Shown here: one piece after another, positions 1-13,069 of the stretch
How positions within the stretch are numbered: the stretch's first letter is position 1
Layout: each line of letters starts with the position of its first letter
Origin: Eledone cirrhosa
Lineage: Eukaryota
NCBI GenBank assembly: GCA_964016885.1
Contig: OZ024745.1
Span: 45,880,001 to 45,944,000 of the forward strand
Direction of reading: 5' to 3'
DNA length: 64,000 bases
Made by a program: the position numbers and the translations under genes
Notes under the pieces: model-generated
Database searches by the model: none
Told to the model about the DNA's origin: nothing
The model's input: the letters and a program-made list of their open reading frames with translations, nothing else

Positions 1-49
1 AATAAGTCATATCTGAATACTTACATACAAATATGAATATGTGTATAAA

Positions 50-160
50 CGTCGAAATCCAAACACATAATTGCTACAATTATATTAGCGGGAGAAAATC
101 GGGTAAAATACACTGAGGGACAGAAAAAAATCAGCCAGCAGACACTACAGAGTATTGAAC
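50..160 (-). mobile_element. Fragment of a tRNA-associated short repeat family (core GAAAATCGGGTAAA)
   Basis: Shares 'ataattgctaca...gaaaatcgggtaaaatac...aaaaa' with 3780-3870, 33232-33330 and 36410-36460. Confidence 0.45.
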
Positions 161-978
161 ATTGTATCTCTTGAATTTTCGACAAGCACGTTAACCACTA
201 CACCAAATTGCAGCAAACACATATTTTCTTTAAATAGCGGAAATATTGTCAGACAGCTTCATCAAACACAAAAGCCAAAGTTAGTCGCATCAATACTCGC
301 GACCAGAAATAAAGGATCATGGTGGCCACCACTGATACCCTCGCAAATGACATATCAGCGGCCACTACTGACACCTGAAATGGCACACCAGTGCTACTAC
401 TAAATGTCAGAGGCTTCGTAAAGCGGGTTGGATTCTCAGGACAGTCAGGACAAGAGATCTGGAAACCTTATTATTTAGTCCTCTACAGCAACAGATACGG
501 TGTTTCTCTTGTTTAACGTGATGCGCCGCGATGTTTATATAAATGTATACCCCAAAGAATGTTTTCTTGGATTGAAAAGTTCCCTGAGGTGCTGTGAACT
601 CTCACCATGAAGGATATCTTAAATTGTTAGAATATCCAATGCTGTTATAACACGGTGAAACTGCAGTCGGGACATCGAACTAAATTGGGAAACTTTTATT
701 TTATCGTCTTTACTTGTCCCACATATAATTATATATGTATGCGTGTGAGTGTGGGGGTATATTTGTGTGTGTGCGTGCGTGTGTGTGTGTCGATGTATGT
801 ATATATACATTTATATATATATGTGCGGGTGGGGGGCAACTAAACTCAACTATACCTATCATATCTCAATAGCCAATAAAACAAGTATCAGTAATAATAA
901 TAAGTAGTATTATAATAATATGGTTTGATTTTTATATCCTTCTATCTATAAAATGTTGACTTCTGCCCTTGCCGAAAA

Positions 979-1077
<99 letters not shown>

Positions 1078-2572
1078 ACTGCAATGTTGTTGGTGTTGTG
1101 TAACGGCATTGCTCTAATAGGCCTACCTGTGATGAAACGCCCCCCCCCAATCGACACATAATTTCAGTACACCAAATATTATAACCTTTCCATGCAGCTA
1201 AATATGATAGTGTACCAGTATTAAAATGTATTACATCCAACCCCATTTCCTCTGGCCAGTTACATTTATAATTAGTGTGGTGATGGGGATTGCAGACTCT
1301 ATCACATTCATTGAAAGATATGATAGTTAGTGCGAAACACATCGCAGTGTTTGACTTTAGAGGCGTTGTGGAATATTCCTGTTTATATTTATTTTATATT
1401 GATTCTGAGGTGCAGAGAAATGTAACAACATCGTTATTTAAATATAGTTATTGTGGAGAGAATATGATTGTAGCTCACTGTTAACGTTCATGAAGGGAGT
1501 GTTACATAGTGTACACTATGTGGATTGTATGGTTGTGTGTAAGTATGTGCTTGTAGGTTAGTGTGTATAAGTGTGTAGTTCTATGGATTAGATACCTTCA
1601 CACTTGTCCAGAGAATGACTAATGAAGGATGGATCAAATGAGTCACACCATTTCTGGTTAGAAATTCTTATGGTCGAAATAAAATTTTAAATACATTTAT
1701 ATTACTAAAATTCTCACCGATATGACGCCATATTGAACTCTAAACGAAATGAAGAAAAGAAACCATGAAAATAAAAATCTTATGAAGAAAAAAAGCAGAA
1801 AGAAAGTAAGGTTGAGAGTAAGAGTGGGAAGTAAAGAAATGTGGAAAAGAAAAACTTAATAAAAACAGACAATGATAGGGGAAAATGACGAAACAGACAA
1901 TTTTAAGACAAAAACGAGAAAGAGGAAGAAATTGAGAAAATGCAAATATACATATTTACATATTCATACCAACATATATAAATATATATATATGCATAAA
2001 CATATCAATATATACATATATACGTATAAACGTGCATACCTACATACATATAAGCTGTATGAGAAAGGCGATAGTAAAGAAACCAATTGCCACACGTATT
2101 CATACACTTTCCCAAATACAATGTATGTGTATTCACCTTCATACGTAATACATTCGCAGACACATACACCACGGTTATAATAAATTACATTCTTAATGTT
2201 CATAGCATAAGAAATGAGAAATTGTCACAAAGATGGCCGCTCAATGATGGAAGTCTTCAACTAGTGACTCATCAAGTTTTCTCTGCTAGATACAGGAATA
2301 ATAATAGCAAGCAGGTCGAACAAACGGCTATTATGATACACAATTTTAGTTTGGAGGTGAACTTGATCCTACTGGGGGAAATGGATGTTCTCAATTAGTA
2401 TTGTTTATCAGTTGTGACATGTTTTTTTGAACAGTCAATGTATTCTCTGAAAAATACTAAGCTGTTGGTCACGGCACTGACAATCTGTATCCATGTGTGT
2501 GTGTGTGCGCGTGTGTTTGTGTGTAGGGGCGGGTGTCTATATGTGTGAGTATTGGCTTGTATGAGTAGCCTG

Positions 2573-2845
2573 TGAAAAGGCGTGGCTTAGTTTTCAGGGT
2601 GAACGGTTCACGATCGTACAGTTGCACGTTGTGACCTTAAACAAAACACTTTATTTCCCGTTGCTCCGGTCCACTCGGGGGAAAATGAATTGATTCAAAG
2701 GGCCAGCTTTAACCCATATTTTGTTACTCTGAATCTCCCTAAGAACTACGTTAAAGGTACACGTGTATGTGGAATGCTAAGTCACTTGCGCGTTAGTTTG
2801 TTGTACAAACTGGAACGCTCGCTGTTGGAACAGATGGAGGTCTAA
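2573..2845 (+). mobile_element. CORE-type tRNA-derived SINE, degenerate (tail type 1)
   Basis: A-box-like TGGCTTAG head; CORE-like 'ccttaaacaaaacactttatttcccgttgctccggtccactc'; tail 'caaagggccagc...gaactacgttaaaggtacacgtg' shared with other copies. Confidence 0.7.
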
Positions 2846-3413
2846 CAATCAATTTGGGTGTGAGCGTGTGTGTGTTTGTGTGTATATGAGTGTGTAGGTT
2901 GGTGTAGTTTTATGTATCTGTTGTATATGGTTGTGAGAAGATGTGTATGATTGTTTAAATCTTACATACATTCACCCAAATCAGTATTATACCATGTTTG
3001 GTGTAATACTGCTGCGCAATATATATTTGGTCACAATATTTTGATTATAATTGATATATCCTGTTGTGGAATTTCAGAAGCTGTAATGGGAAGAATTATT
3101 GTTTATATTTCAGATTTAGATAACCATCGTCAATCAACAGCAAGCGATAGAAATTTGTAGATCTCATTCAAGAAAGTAATATATAGAGAAATAAATAACT
3201 TATTTCTATCATTCTATCAATTATTTCTATCACTGATGCAGCTTAATCAGAAACTATACAAGAACATACTATATATACATACTATACATATAAACATACA
3301 TATATACATACATATATACATATATATATATACATACATATATATATATACATAAACACATACATATATACATAATATATATATATGTGTGTGTGCGTGT
3401 GTGTCCATGTGTG

Positions 3414-3454
<41 letters not shown>

Positions 3455-3591
3455 TCCTCGCAGGCTCCTCTTTCCATTTTGTCCTGATGTACTTCCCAAG
3501 ATTTTCTCAGCTATTATTTATACTGGTCGACTATTATTATGCTCACATATATACATATAATGTATGATGCCGAATTTCCGGCTTTTGAAGC

Positions 3592-3778
3592 GCTTGGAAT
3601 ATATGTATAAGTATAAGGAAAGTGCTTGGAATATATGTATAAGTATAAGTATAAGGAAAGTGCTTGGAATATATGTATAAGTATAAGTATAAGGAAAGTG
3701 CTTGGAATATATGTATAAGTATAAGTATAAGGAAAGTGCTTGGAATATATGTATAAGTATAAGTATAAGGAAAGTGCT
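3592..3778. repeat. 38-bp minisatellite, about 5 copies (GCTTGGAATATATGTATAAGTATAAGTATAAGGAAAGT)
   Basis: Units start at 3592, 3624, 3662, 3700, 3738 and 3776. Confidence 0.95.
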
Positions 3779-3779
3779 C

Positions 3780-3922
3780 AAAAGCAGAAATGCTATAAAG
3801 ATAGCTTATAAAATACGGTGATCCCCCTTAAAAGACGGAAAAATTAGCCATCGGCCGCTATCAGGAATTGAACCCCATATTTTCCAGATACCGGGCCGGT
3901 ATCTGGAAAATATAGGGTTCAA
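3780..3922 (-). mobile_element. tRNA-associated repeat ending in a ~27-bp-arm palindrome
   Basis: TTGAACCCCATATTTTCCAGATACCGG g CCGGTATCTGGAAAATATAGGGTTCAA; minus strand has T-loop-like GGTTCAATTCC followed by a T run. Confidence 0.5.
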
Positions 3923-4682
3923 GATAAGGAGTAGTGCAGTTAGTTCTCTAAGTTTAGGGCAACATCAAAAAAGTTGATACAGGTGAGGGACTTCTGTAAA
4001 GTGATCTTAAATCCTGATTCCCGGAAAATGTTGATGAGATGTTTGCATACCCGGTCCGTACTACTTGGGTTGTATCCGGTGAGAGTTACGAGCCCGTCAT
4101 CTCTATACAGGCCCTTTCGGAGAACAGGAAACTCTTCTATTAGTTTCTAGTCTGTAGCGTCCGCCGAGTCAATTGCTGCTATACTAACATATACATACAA
4201 ACGACGTGTGTGAAGCTCTAACTTTTGAACTTAATAAGCGCCGAACTTACACATGAGACGTAAAATGCGAACAACATCCACCGAGGGACTCAAACTCACC
4301 TCTGTCTTACATCTGAGCTTACCAGTTGCAACAAGGGAAGTCTAACGAAATTTTCTGTTAATTTTAGTTTTATCAATCGACCAGAAAATAAACATGGCCA
4401 ACTTTTTGACTATTTTCATAGGTAAAAAAACATGCGTTGAAGCTTTTAATTTTAAGTTAATTTCAATAATATACATATCCATTCAATGTTTCTAAAAATA
4501 GATGGTTTGTTTATGTTAAATCTTCTTGATCCATCATTAGCACCATCATCCTCACCACCACCACTATCGACCGCTTTCATCATCATCTATATCCTCACCA
4601 TGGCCACCATTTTCGTTATCATTAAAAATATTCTAATCGTCCCACTCAACACCACCAGAAGCAACAGCCTCAGTATAATAAT

Positions 4683-4867
4683 TGTTTCTACTTTTTGGCA
4701 CAAGGCCAGCAATTATCCCAGTACATTACTGGTACTTTATTTTATCGACCCCGTAAGGATGAAAGGCAAAGTTAACCTCGGCGGGAATTGAACTCAGATC
4801 GTAAAGGGACGTAACTATGCTGGAAAGCATAATCCGACCCTCTACCGATACTGCCAATTCACCGCCC
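4683..4867 (-). mobile_element. tRNA-derived SINE family A (young, ~190 bp)
   Basis: Minus strand: A box TGGCAGTATCGG, B box GAGTTCAATTCC, central 'ctttgcctttcatccttacggggtcgataaaataaagtaccag'; TSD TATAATAAT. Confidence 0.9.
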
Positions 4868-5540
4868 TATAATAATCACCAGCCTCAGTATAATAATGAT
4901 CATCATTAATTATCATTTTAAATATAATTATCATCATCATCAGTATCATCATTATCATCATAATCATCATCATCATCTCATCATCATCATCGCCACTATG
5001 TCACCAACGCTAGAAATATAGAAAACTCAGATCAGTAGAGATACAGTAAGATTAGTCGTTAGACGTCTGTGCAATTAGCCAGTTCAGTTCTTGTACTCTT
5101 TTGTGTTACTGTTGTAATTGTTGTTGTCACTGTTGTTGCCGTTCTATATATTCTTATCCCCACTGGTCCGACTTATATGAGTTCATCATCACACAGATAT
5201 AAATCCAATGATGGTAAAGTATAGTAGTAGTAAGCTTTATTCCGTGATTAACATGTTATATTCTGGTCCCATTTGCCATTAAATGCCCCAGATGTATCAT
5301 CACATATTTGAACCGGATGAGAAATCCTTTTCTCTTCGTTGTCTTTTCGCACTACATAAAGAATATATCGATTTTACTTTTAATTTTTGCTTCCATTGTT
5401 GAAAATTATTCTTTCTTTCTCTCCTCTTGTTTTCCTCATTTTATCTATCTTTGCCATCTTTTTGTATATCTTTCTACCCCTAACCTCACTTTCTTAATCC
5501 CTCGTCATCACTCCTCCCTTTTTTCTTTCTAAAATAATTA

Positions 5541-5629
<89 letters not shown>

Positions 5630-5962
5630 ATTTTTAATCTATCTACCACACTATCTATTTATCTATCTATCAACCTATCTACCTATCTGTGTTTGTCTAT
5701 CTGTTAAGCTTTCTATCTGTCTCTGTATCGTCCTTACATACCTCTAGCTCTGTTGTTGTTGTTGTTGTTGTTGCTGCTGCTGCTGTTGATTTCGCTGTTG
5801 TTGCTGCTGATTTTTCTTTTGCTGCTGCTTGGTCCCCTGTTCAAGCCTAATAAAGCCGACTTTTAGTCAGAGGTATTCAAGCCCTGACCATATTGTGTCT
5901 AGTGTTTTCCCTTTTCTAAAGCGGTAGTGTTGTAATTGTTTTCGCCTTTACAGGTGAATGTT

Positions 5963-6262
5963 GTGAAGGTTGCTGACTTAGTGGATGGTTCGGTTCACGA
6001 TCGTAAGTTCACGAAATCGATTCCTGGTGGTGTGTTGTGTCCTTAGACAACATACTTTATTTGAGATTGCTCTAGTCATTTCAGGTGGCAAAAATAATTT
6101 GCATATGTAATTCAAAGGGCCAGACTTGTCACACAGTGTCCTGTTGAATCTTCCTGAGAACTACATTAAGGATACACCTATCAGCAGAATTCTCAGCCAC
6201 TTTCAAGTTAACTTCACGGGAAGGTCAAACAACTTATATACTCATCGTCGCAACTGGCGGTT
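5963..6262 (+). mobile_element. CORE-type SINE, degenerate (tail type 1)
   Basis: gaagg..gacttagtgg head, tcgattcc B box, 'tgtgtccttagacaacatactttatt' CORE-like segment, same tail as 2573. Confidence 0.7.
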
Positions 6263-6287
6263 ATCCGGCCCATCCCATTGCATAAAT

Positions 6288-6593
6288 GTAAATCCCGAGT
6301 GAGCCGTAGGGGTGTCGTAGTAGCATACGACGTTTCTAGGGCATTTTGAAGTCTGGCAGAACAGAGCCCATCCCTTTCGAGGTCTGAACACAGAAAAGGA
6401 TAGAGAGTGAGAGAGAGAAAAAGTGATATAGAGGAAGAATCGATCCCAGTACTGGACTGGTACTTCTTTTTTATCGACCTCGAAAGGGTGAAAGGCAGAA
6501 TTGACCTAGACGGGATTTGAACTCAGAGAGCCGGAATGAATGCCGTATAGCATTATATCCAATGTTCTAACGACTCTGCAAATTTGTCATCCC
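6288..6593 (-). mobile_element. SINE family A head and core with an alternative long 3' tail
   Basis: Family A core at 6438-6593; tail 6288-6437 homologous to 24075-24255 and 53365-53535. Confidence 0.65.
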
Positions 6594-7352
6594 AACCATA
6601 ACAGTAAATTCCAGCGTTCTGTAGTGCCTGAAGTTATACCAACACTCATACACTTCAAGTGGACGGTGGTTTACTGTATATCTATAGATAGCAACTTATG
6701 CAGATATTGCTATATACTTCCATATATACCAATTGCTTGGTTACGTCTGGCGGTCTACTAACACCACAGTGAAGGTATGAACATACATAGATAGAGAGAG
6801 GGAGAGAGGGAAAGAGAGTGTGAGAAAGAGATAGTGTGAGAAAGACTGGGAGAGAGCTAGATAAGTAGGTAGGCAAGACCAGGGTAGATAGATCGATAGA
6901 TATATAGTAACTGAGAGAGAGGGGGAGAGAGTCTGTGAGAGAGAGAGGAATGGCTATTACATAGGGCCGTAGATAGATAGATGGAGAGGTGGATGGATGG
7001 ATTTTGATAGTGTTGTATGTAGATATATATCCAATGATGTTGACTTGTTCCTTTTGGTAAATATCATCTTGGTTAAGAGAGTGGGACTGGCTTTGTGCAG
7101 TGCCTTTGCTCACTATAAAAGCTTCACGGCACAGGCATTGCTTTATATCTGGAGATCTCTCAGCACTTGTCGTCACAGGATACCATGGGCTTAGCACTAT
7201 GTGTCAATTATTACTATGGATAGTGTTTGTACCAGAGTTTTCAAGTCCCTGGCTGGACTAAAATGTCACACTCGTTCAGCGCATCAGTAGGGGTTCTCCT
7301 ACAGGGATATAAAGTAGTGGCCGTACTCGAAAATGAGTTGGCAGCCACCATA

Positions 7353-7450
7353 TGGGTAGGTAGGTAGGTAGGTAGGTAGGTAGGTAGGTAGGTAGGTAAG
7401 AAGGTAGATAGGTAGATAAGTAGGTAGGTTGGTAGGTAGGTAGGTAGGTA
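7353..7450. repeat. (TAGG)n tract abutting the LINE 3' end
   Basis: Direct reading. Confidence 0.95.
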
Positions 7451-10295
7451 CTGGTTGATATGTTTCTTTATTAGCCACAGGGGCACAAAAGAGGGAGACA
7501 AATACAAAGGGGGAAGTTTACATACAATAAAAACGTGTAAAATATTATCAGAAATGCAATTTAAAAATTAATCGATTTTCCCCAATAGGGGGAGACATTA
7601 CATATGGGTAACACATACCCCCGAAAAAAAAATGTGCAACCCTCATCTCCAGGAGTACGAAGAGTTTGTACTCCTTTCCTCTCCTCCTCTTTTTCGTCAA
7701 CCTACAGGTTGATATAGAGAGAAGGCTCATTCACTCGGGCCATTCTCGCCACATTCACCCACCTTTCATAAAACTTACTGGGGTACAGCACCTCTCTCTC
7801 CATCCTGATTCTTCTTCCAAAGTGGTTTTTGAAAAAAAGAATCAGTTGTTGGCTGGAGAGAAAGGTGTCTGACCTCAGCCCTTTCAACCTTGTCCACCAT
7901 ACAACCTCTTTCGCCATAGCTATCACACAAAGGAAAACCGCCTCTCCTTCCTTTTTGAAGGAGGGTGGCGGTTTGATCATGACAATGGACTCGGTGGTCA
8001 ACTGGATTGGTCCCACCCGCGACAATAGTCGTTCCACATAGCCCCACAGGTCGGTGACGCCCGGGCAGTGTATGAATGCGTGGGCTACAGTTTCTTCGTC
8101 TCGTACACACCTCGGACAGATCTTTTTTGCAGGGTCCCTGCGCGGGCGCCCATGTCTGTAGAGCTTGTCTCGAACTGGTAGAGCTCCTCGGTAGCACTGC
8201 CAGGCCAGGGACTTTTGGAAGTTGTCCATCGGTCCCTGGCGGAAGGCCCTACCGAACAGACCTGCCAGTTCGTCTTCCTCTACGCCCAGAGTTTCACCGA
8301 GCGCATCGTCGCACTTGCTGCGGATCAACCCTCTATAGAATGATGAAGTGGAGTCTCCACTGATCGCTGGGTCCGCCTGCCAGAGGGCTGTGAGTGCCTG
8401 AGCACATTCGATGTGCCAGTCGCCCATTTTCCTCGGTCTTTGCTTGACCCAGGACTGCAGCTTGGTCAGCGAGACGAGTTGTGGGAAGGCTCGTTCACGA
8501 ACGGGGCCCACACCGGTTGTCCGGTGAGTGAGGAATACGTAGAGATACCGCAGCCTAAGCGCGTATTTGCGCATCGTCAGCCACGGCAACCCCAGCCCTC
8601 CGTTGGAAGGGCGTTGGCAGCAGATGGATCTTCTCACCAAAGGAGCCCGCCTCTTCCAAAGGAATTGGAAGAGCGCGCTCTCTATTTTGGCGCGCGTTTT
8701 GGCTGGACAAGGCACGACGGTCAAGCGGTAGTAGATGGCGGACGCTATAAAAGTGTTCGCCACCTCCGCTCGACCTTTCAATGATAGTTTGCACTCGGTC
8801 CACTTCTGGGTGAGTGCAAACACCTTGGCCGACACCTCGTTCCAGTTCTTCTCCACCTGGAGGTCCGGACCAAACCAGACCCCGAGCAGCTTTACCGGTC
8901 CTACCGTCCAGCGTCCGACGACGCCATCGGAAGGCATCGGTTTGCCTCTCCACGATCCGAGTTGCAAACCGATGGACTTGTCCCAGTTCAGCTTCGCTCC
9001 TGTGAACCTTTCGTATTCCTTCAGTAAGGTGCCGACTTCCTCGATTTGCGAGGCGCTCGACACCATTACTGTCACGTCTTCGGCGTAGGCCGACGCTGCT
9101 TTCCGCAGTCCCGGTTCCAAAGGGATGCCCTGCAATAGCTCCAACTACCGCAGTAGTGGCTCGAGAGTCAGTACGTACAGAAGGGAAGAGGGAGGGCATC
9201 CCTGTCGAATGGATCGCGTGATATGGAACGGCTCCGAGAGGTAGCCGTTCACCTTAACCCTTGAGCAGATGTTGCTGTTATGCATTGCAACAATCCCGCC
9301 CCTGAACACGGGTCCGAAGACTGCCGCCTCGAGCACCGCATCCAGGTAACGATGGTCAACCCTATCGAAAGCCTTAGACTGATCCAAGTTGATCAGGGCT
9401 CCACCGAAGCCGGGTTTACACCCTACCCTCTCTATGATGTATCGCATGGGGTGGATGTTGTCGTGTATGGACCTGGTCGGGATTGCGCATGTCTGTGCTT
9501 CTCCCACCAGGTTCTCGACGACAAGCGCCAGCCTCTTTGCCAACACCTTGGCCAAAATCTGTAACTCTGTGTTTAGCAGAGTTATGGGCCGGAAGTTGCC
9601 TATGTCATCCCCCTTATTCTCGTCCTTCCTGACTAGTGTGACTACGCCCCCGGTCACAGAACTGGGAATTCTCCCGTTCTGTTGCCAGTTGCAGTAGACC
9701 GCTTCCAGGAGACCGGAGAATAAGTCCGGCATTGCTACGTAAAATTCGTAGGGTAGACCGTCGAGACCTGGAGATTTGCGTTTTCCGCATTGGCTCAACG
9801 CGTCCCCTATCTCAGCGGCTGAAATCGGCTTTTTGCAGAACTTTGCCTCGCTGTCCGAGAGTCGCGGTAGGCCGTCGAGGTATGGACCGAAATCCATAGA
9901 CCCTCCCGGCGCGCCGCCCTGCCCGAACAGCTGAGCCAAGTGCCGCTGAAAGGCCGCACACATCTGCTTCGGCTCACGTATCACGCGTCCGTTTTGGTCC
10001 TTCAAAGACCGAATAGTGGACTTGTTGCCACTTTTTGCCTCCGTCACTCGGGCCCAGCTAACAGCTTTGACTCCCTCGTTTCCCAGAGCACGTATTTTGC
10101 ATCTGACAACGCAGCCCTCATGCTTTGCGTCGAAGAACTGGTCCAAGGCCGTTCTCGTTGCTAGCACGCTGGCTACGTTGCCACTTCTAATTGCTTCTTC
10201 TACTTTATCTACCAGTTCTTTCTCGGTTCTATTTCTATCTAACGCTAATTCTTTACTAAAAACTAACGAGTCTAATCTAACTGCCCTCTTGAGAG
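7451..10295 (-). mobile_element. 5'-truncated Tx1/L1-clade non-LTR retrotransposon
   Basis: GC-rich block with RT and CCHC domains; ~250-bp 3' UTR with AATAAA (plus-strand TTTATT at 7467-7472) 16 nt from the end; both ends abut (TAGG)n. Confidence 0.9.
7702..10290 (-). pseudogene. LINE ORF2 remnant (linker + reverse transcriptase + zf-RVT zinc knuckle); in-frame TAG at 9145-9147; endonuclease domain lost
   Basis: Motifs KSPGLDGLPYEFY, NFRPITLLN, LDQSKAFDRVDH, IRQGCPPS, AYAEDV (YADD mutated), VKLLGVWF, GGLGLP, CPRC-x8-H-x4-C. ORFs 9145..10167 and 7702..9144 are in the same frame, which stays open upstream to the truncation point ([18 protein letters not shown]...). Confidence 0.92.
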
Positions 10296-11583
10296 AGGTA
10301 GGTAGGTAGGTAGGTAGGTAGGTAGGTAGGTAGGTAAGTAGGTAGGTAGGTAGGTAGGTAGGTAGGTAGGTAGGTAGGTAGGTAGGTAGGTAGGTAGGTA
10401 GGTAGGTAGAGAGGTAGGTAGGTAGGTAGGTAGGTAGGTAGGTAGGTAGGTAGGTAGGTAGGTGGGTAGGTAGGTAGGTAGGTAGGTAGGTAGGTAGGTA
10501 GGTAGGTAGGTAGGTAGGTAGGTAGGTAGGTAGGTAGAGAGGTAGGTAGGTAGGTAGGTAGGTAGGTAGGTAGGTAGGTAGGTAGGTAGGTAGGTAGGTG
10601 GGTAGGTAGGTAGGTGGGTAGGTAGATAGGTAGGTGGGTAGGTAGGTAGGTAGGTAGGTAGGTAGGTAGGTAGGTAAGTAGGTAAGTAGGTAGGTAGGTA
10701 AGTAGGTGGGTAGGTAGGTAGGTAGGTAGGTAGGTAGGTAGGTAGGTAGGTAGGTAGGTAGGTAGGTAGGTAGGTGGGTAGGTAGGTAGGTGGGTAGGTA
10801 GGTAGGTAAGTAGGTAGGTAGAGAGGTAGGTAGGTAGGTAGGTAGGTAGAGAGGTAGGTAGGTAGGTAGGTAGGTAGGTAGGTAGGTAGGTAGGTAGGTG
10901 GGTAGGTAGGTAGGTAGGTAGGTAGGTAGGTAGGTAGGTAGGTAGGTAGGTAGGTAGGTAGGTAAGTAGGTAAGTAGGTAGGTAGGTAAGTAGGTGGGTA
11001 GGTAGGTAGGTAGGTAGGTAGGTAGGTAGGTAGGTAGGTAGGTAGGTAGGTAGGTAGGTGGGTAGGTAGGTAGGTAGGTAGGTAGGTAGGTAGGTAGGTA
11101 GGTAGGTAGGTAGGTAGGTAAGTAGGTAGGTAGGTAAGTAGGTGGGTAGGTAGGTAGGTAGGTAGGTAGGTAGGTAGGTAGGTAGGTAGGTAGGTAGGTA
11201 GGTAGGTAGGTAGGTAGGTAGGTAGGTAGGTGGGTAGGTAGGTAGGTGGGTAGGTAGGTAGGTAGGTAGGTAGGTAGGTAGGTAGGTAGGTAGGTAGGTA
11301 GGTAGGTAGGTAAGTAGGTAGGTAGGTAAGTTGGTGGGTAGGTAGGTAGGTAGGTAGGTAAGTAGGTAGGTAGGTAGGTAAGTAGGTAGGTAGGTAGGTA
11401 GATAGGTAGGTAGGTAGGTAGGTAGGTAGGTAGGTAGGTAGGTAGGTAGGTAGGTAGGTAGATAGGTAGGTAGGTAGGTAGGTAGGTAGATAGGTAGGTA
11501 GGTAGGTAGATAGGTAGGTAGGTAGGTAGGTAGGTAGGTAGGTAGGTAGGTAGGTAGGTAGGTAGGTAGGTAGGTAGGTAGAT
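10296..11583. repeat. ~1.3-kb (TAGG)n array grading into (TGGA/TGGG)n to ~11890
   Basis: Direct reading; source of the spurious 491-aa (YLPT)n ORF. Confidence 0.97.
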
Positions 11584-11979
11584 GGGTGGATGGATGGGTT
11601 TGGGTGGGTGGGTGGATGGTGGGTGGGTTTATGGATGGGTGGGTGGATGGGTGGGTGGATGGATGGGTGGATGGGTGGATGGGTGGGCGGTGGATGGATG
11701 GATGGGAGCATAGAGAGATGGGTCGCTGGATGGGAGGATGGGAGCATGGATGGATGTATGTATGGGTAGATGGATGGATAAATGAATGGATGTATGGGTG
11801 GTTAGATGGATGGGTGGATGTATGAATGGATGGATGAATGGATGCATGGGGATTTGAGATGATAGGGGGTGGGTGGGTTGATTGATGGGTTAATAGTTAT
11901 GAATATTCATATAGGCATCCATATTGTTACCCGGCAACCAACTAGCTGATGTACAGTTAAACCGACCTACTTACAAATC

Positions 11980-13032
11980 TAGCTACATCACCACCAACAC
12001 TGCTATATACCCCTATCTAGTAGCTACATCACCACCAACACTGCTATATACCCCTATCTAGTTAGCTACATCTCAACCAACACTGCTATATACCCCTATC
12101 TAGTTAGCTACATCACCACCAACACTGCTATATACCCCTATCTAGTTAGCTACATCTCAACCAACACTGCTATATACCCCTATCTAGTTAGCTACATCAC
12201 CACCAACACTGCTTATACCCCTATCTAGTTAGCTACATCACCACCAACACTGCTATATACCCCTATCTAGTTAGCTACATCTCAACCAACACTGCTATAT
12301 ACCCCTATCTAGTTAGATACATCACCACCAACACTGCTATATACCCCTATCTAGTTAGCTACATCTCAACCAACACTGCTATATACCCCTATCTAGTTAG
12401 CTACATCACCACCAACACTGCTATATACCCCTATCTAGTTAGCTACATCACCACCAACACTGCTATATACCCCTATCTAGTTAGCTACATCACCACCAAC
12501 ACTGCTATATACCCCTATCTAGTTAGCTACATCTCAACCAACACTGCTATATACCCCTATCTAGTTAGCTACATCACCACCAACACTGCTATATACCCCT
12601 ATCTAGTTAGCTACATCACCACCAACACTGCTATATACCCCTATCTAGTTAGCTACATCTCAACCAACACTGCTATATACCCCTATCTAGTTAGCTACAT
12701 CTCAACCAACACTGCTATATACCCCTATCTAGTTAGCTACATCACCACCAACACTGCTATATACCCCTATCTAGTTAGCTACATCACCACCCACACTGCT
12801 ATATACCCCTATCTAGTTAGCTACATCACCACCAACACTGCTATATACCCCTATCTAGTTAGCTACATCACCACCAACACTGCTATATACCCCTATCTAG
12901 TTAGCTACATCACCACCAACACTGCTATATACCCCTATCTAGTTAGCTACATCACCACCAACACTGCTATATACCCCTATCTAGTTAGCTACATCACCAC
13001 CAACACTGCTATATACCCCTATCTAGTTAGCT
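11980..13032. repeat. 42-bp minisatellite, about 25 copies (AGTTAGCTACATCACCACCAACACTGCTATATACCCCTATCT)
   Basis: 42-bp period; two interspersed variants, ATCACCACC and ATCTCAACC. Confidence 0.97.
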
Positions 13033-13069
13033 AGCTGGCCATAGCCATGTGACTAGCTGTGTGTTAAGA

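Noticed and set aside
932-1342. 136-aa ORF as a host exon or transposase
   Set aside because: No recognisable motif; runs into (TA)n
7775-9697. Overlapping alternative-frame and antisense ORFs inside the LINE
   Set aside because: Shadows of a GC-rich coding sequence; no recognisable motifs
10296-11583. Interstitial telomeric repeat
   Set aside because: The unit is TAGG, not TTAGGG or TTAGG
10272-11747. 491-aa ORF (YLPT)n
   Set aside because: Translation of the (TACC)n microsatellite; no coding features
11980-13032. CRISPR-like regular repeat
   Set aside because: Units are contiguous with no unique spacers, there are no cas genes, and the context is eukaryotic
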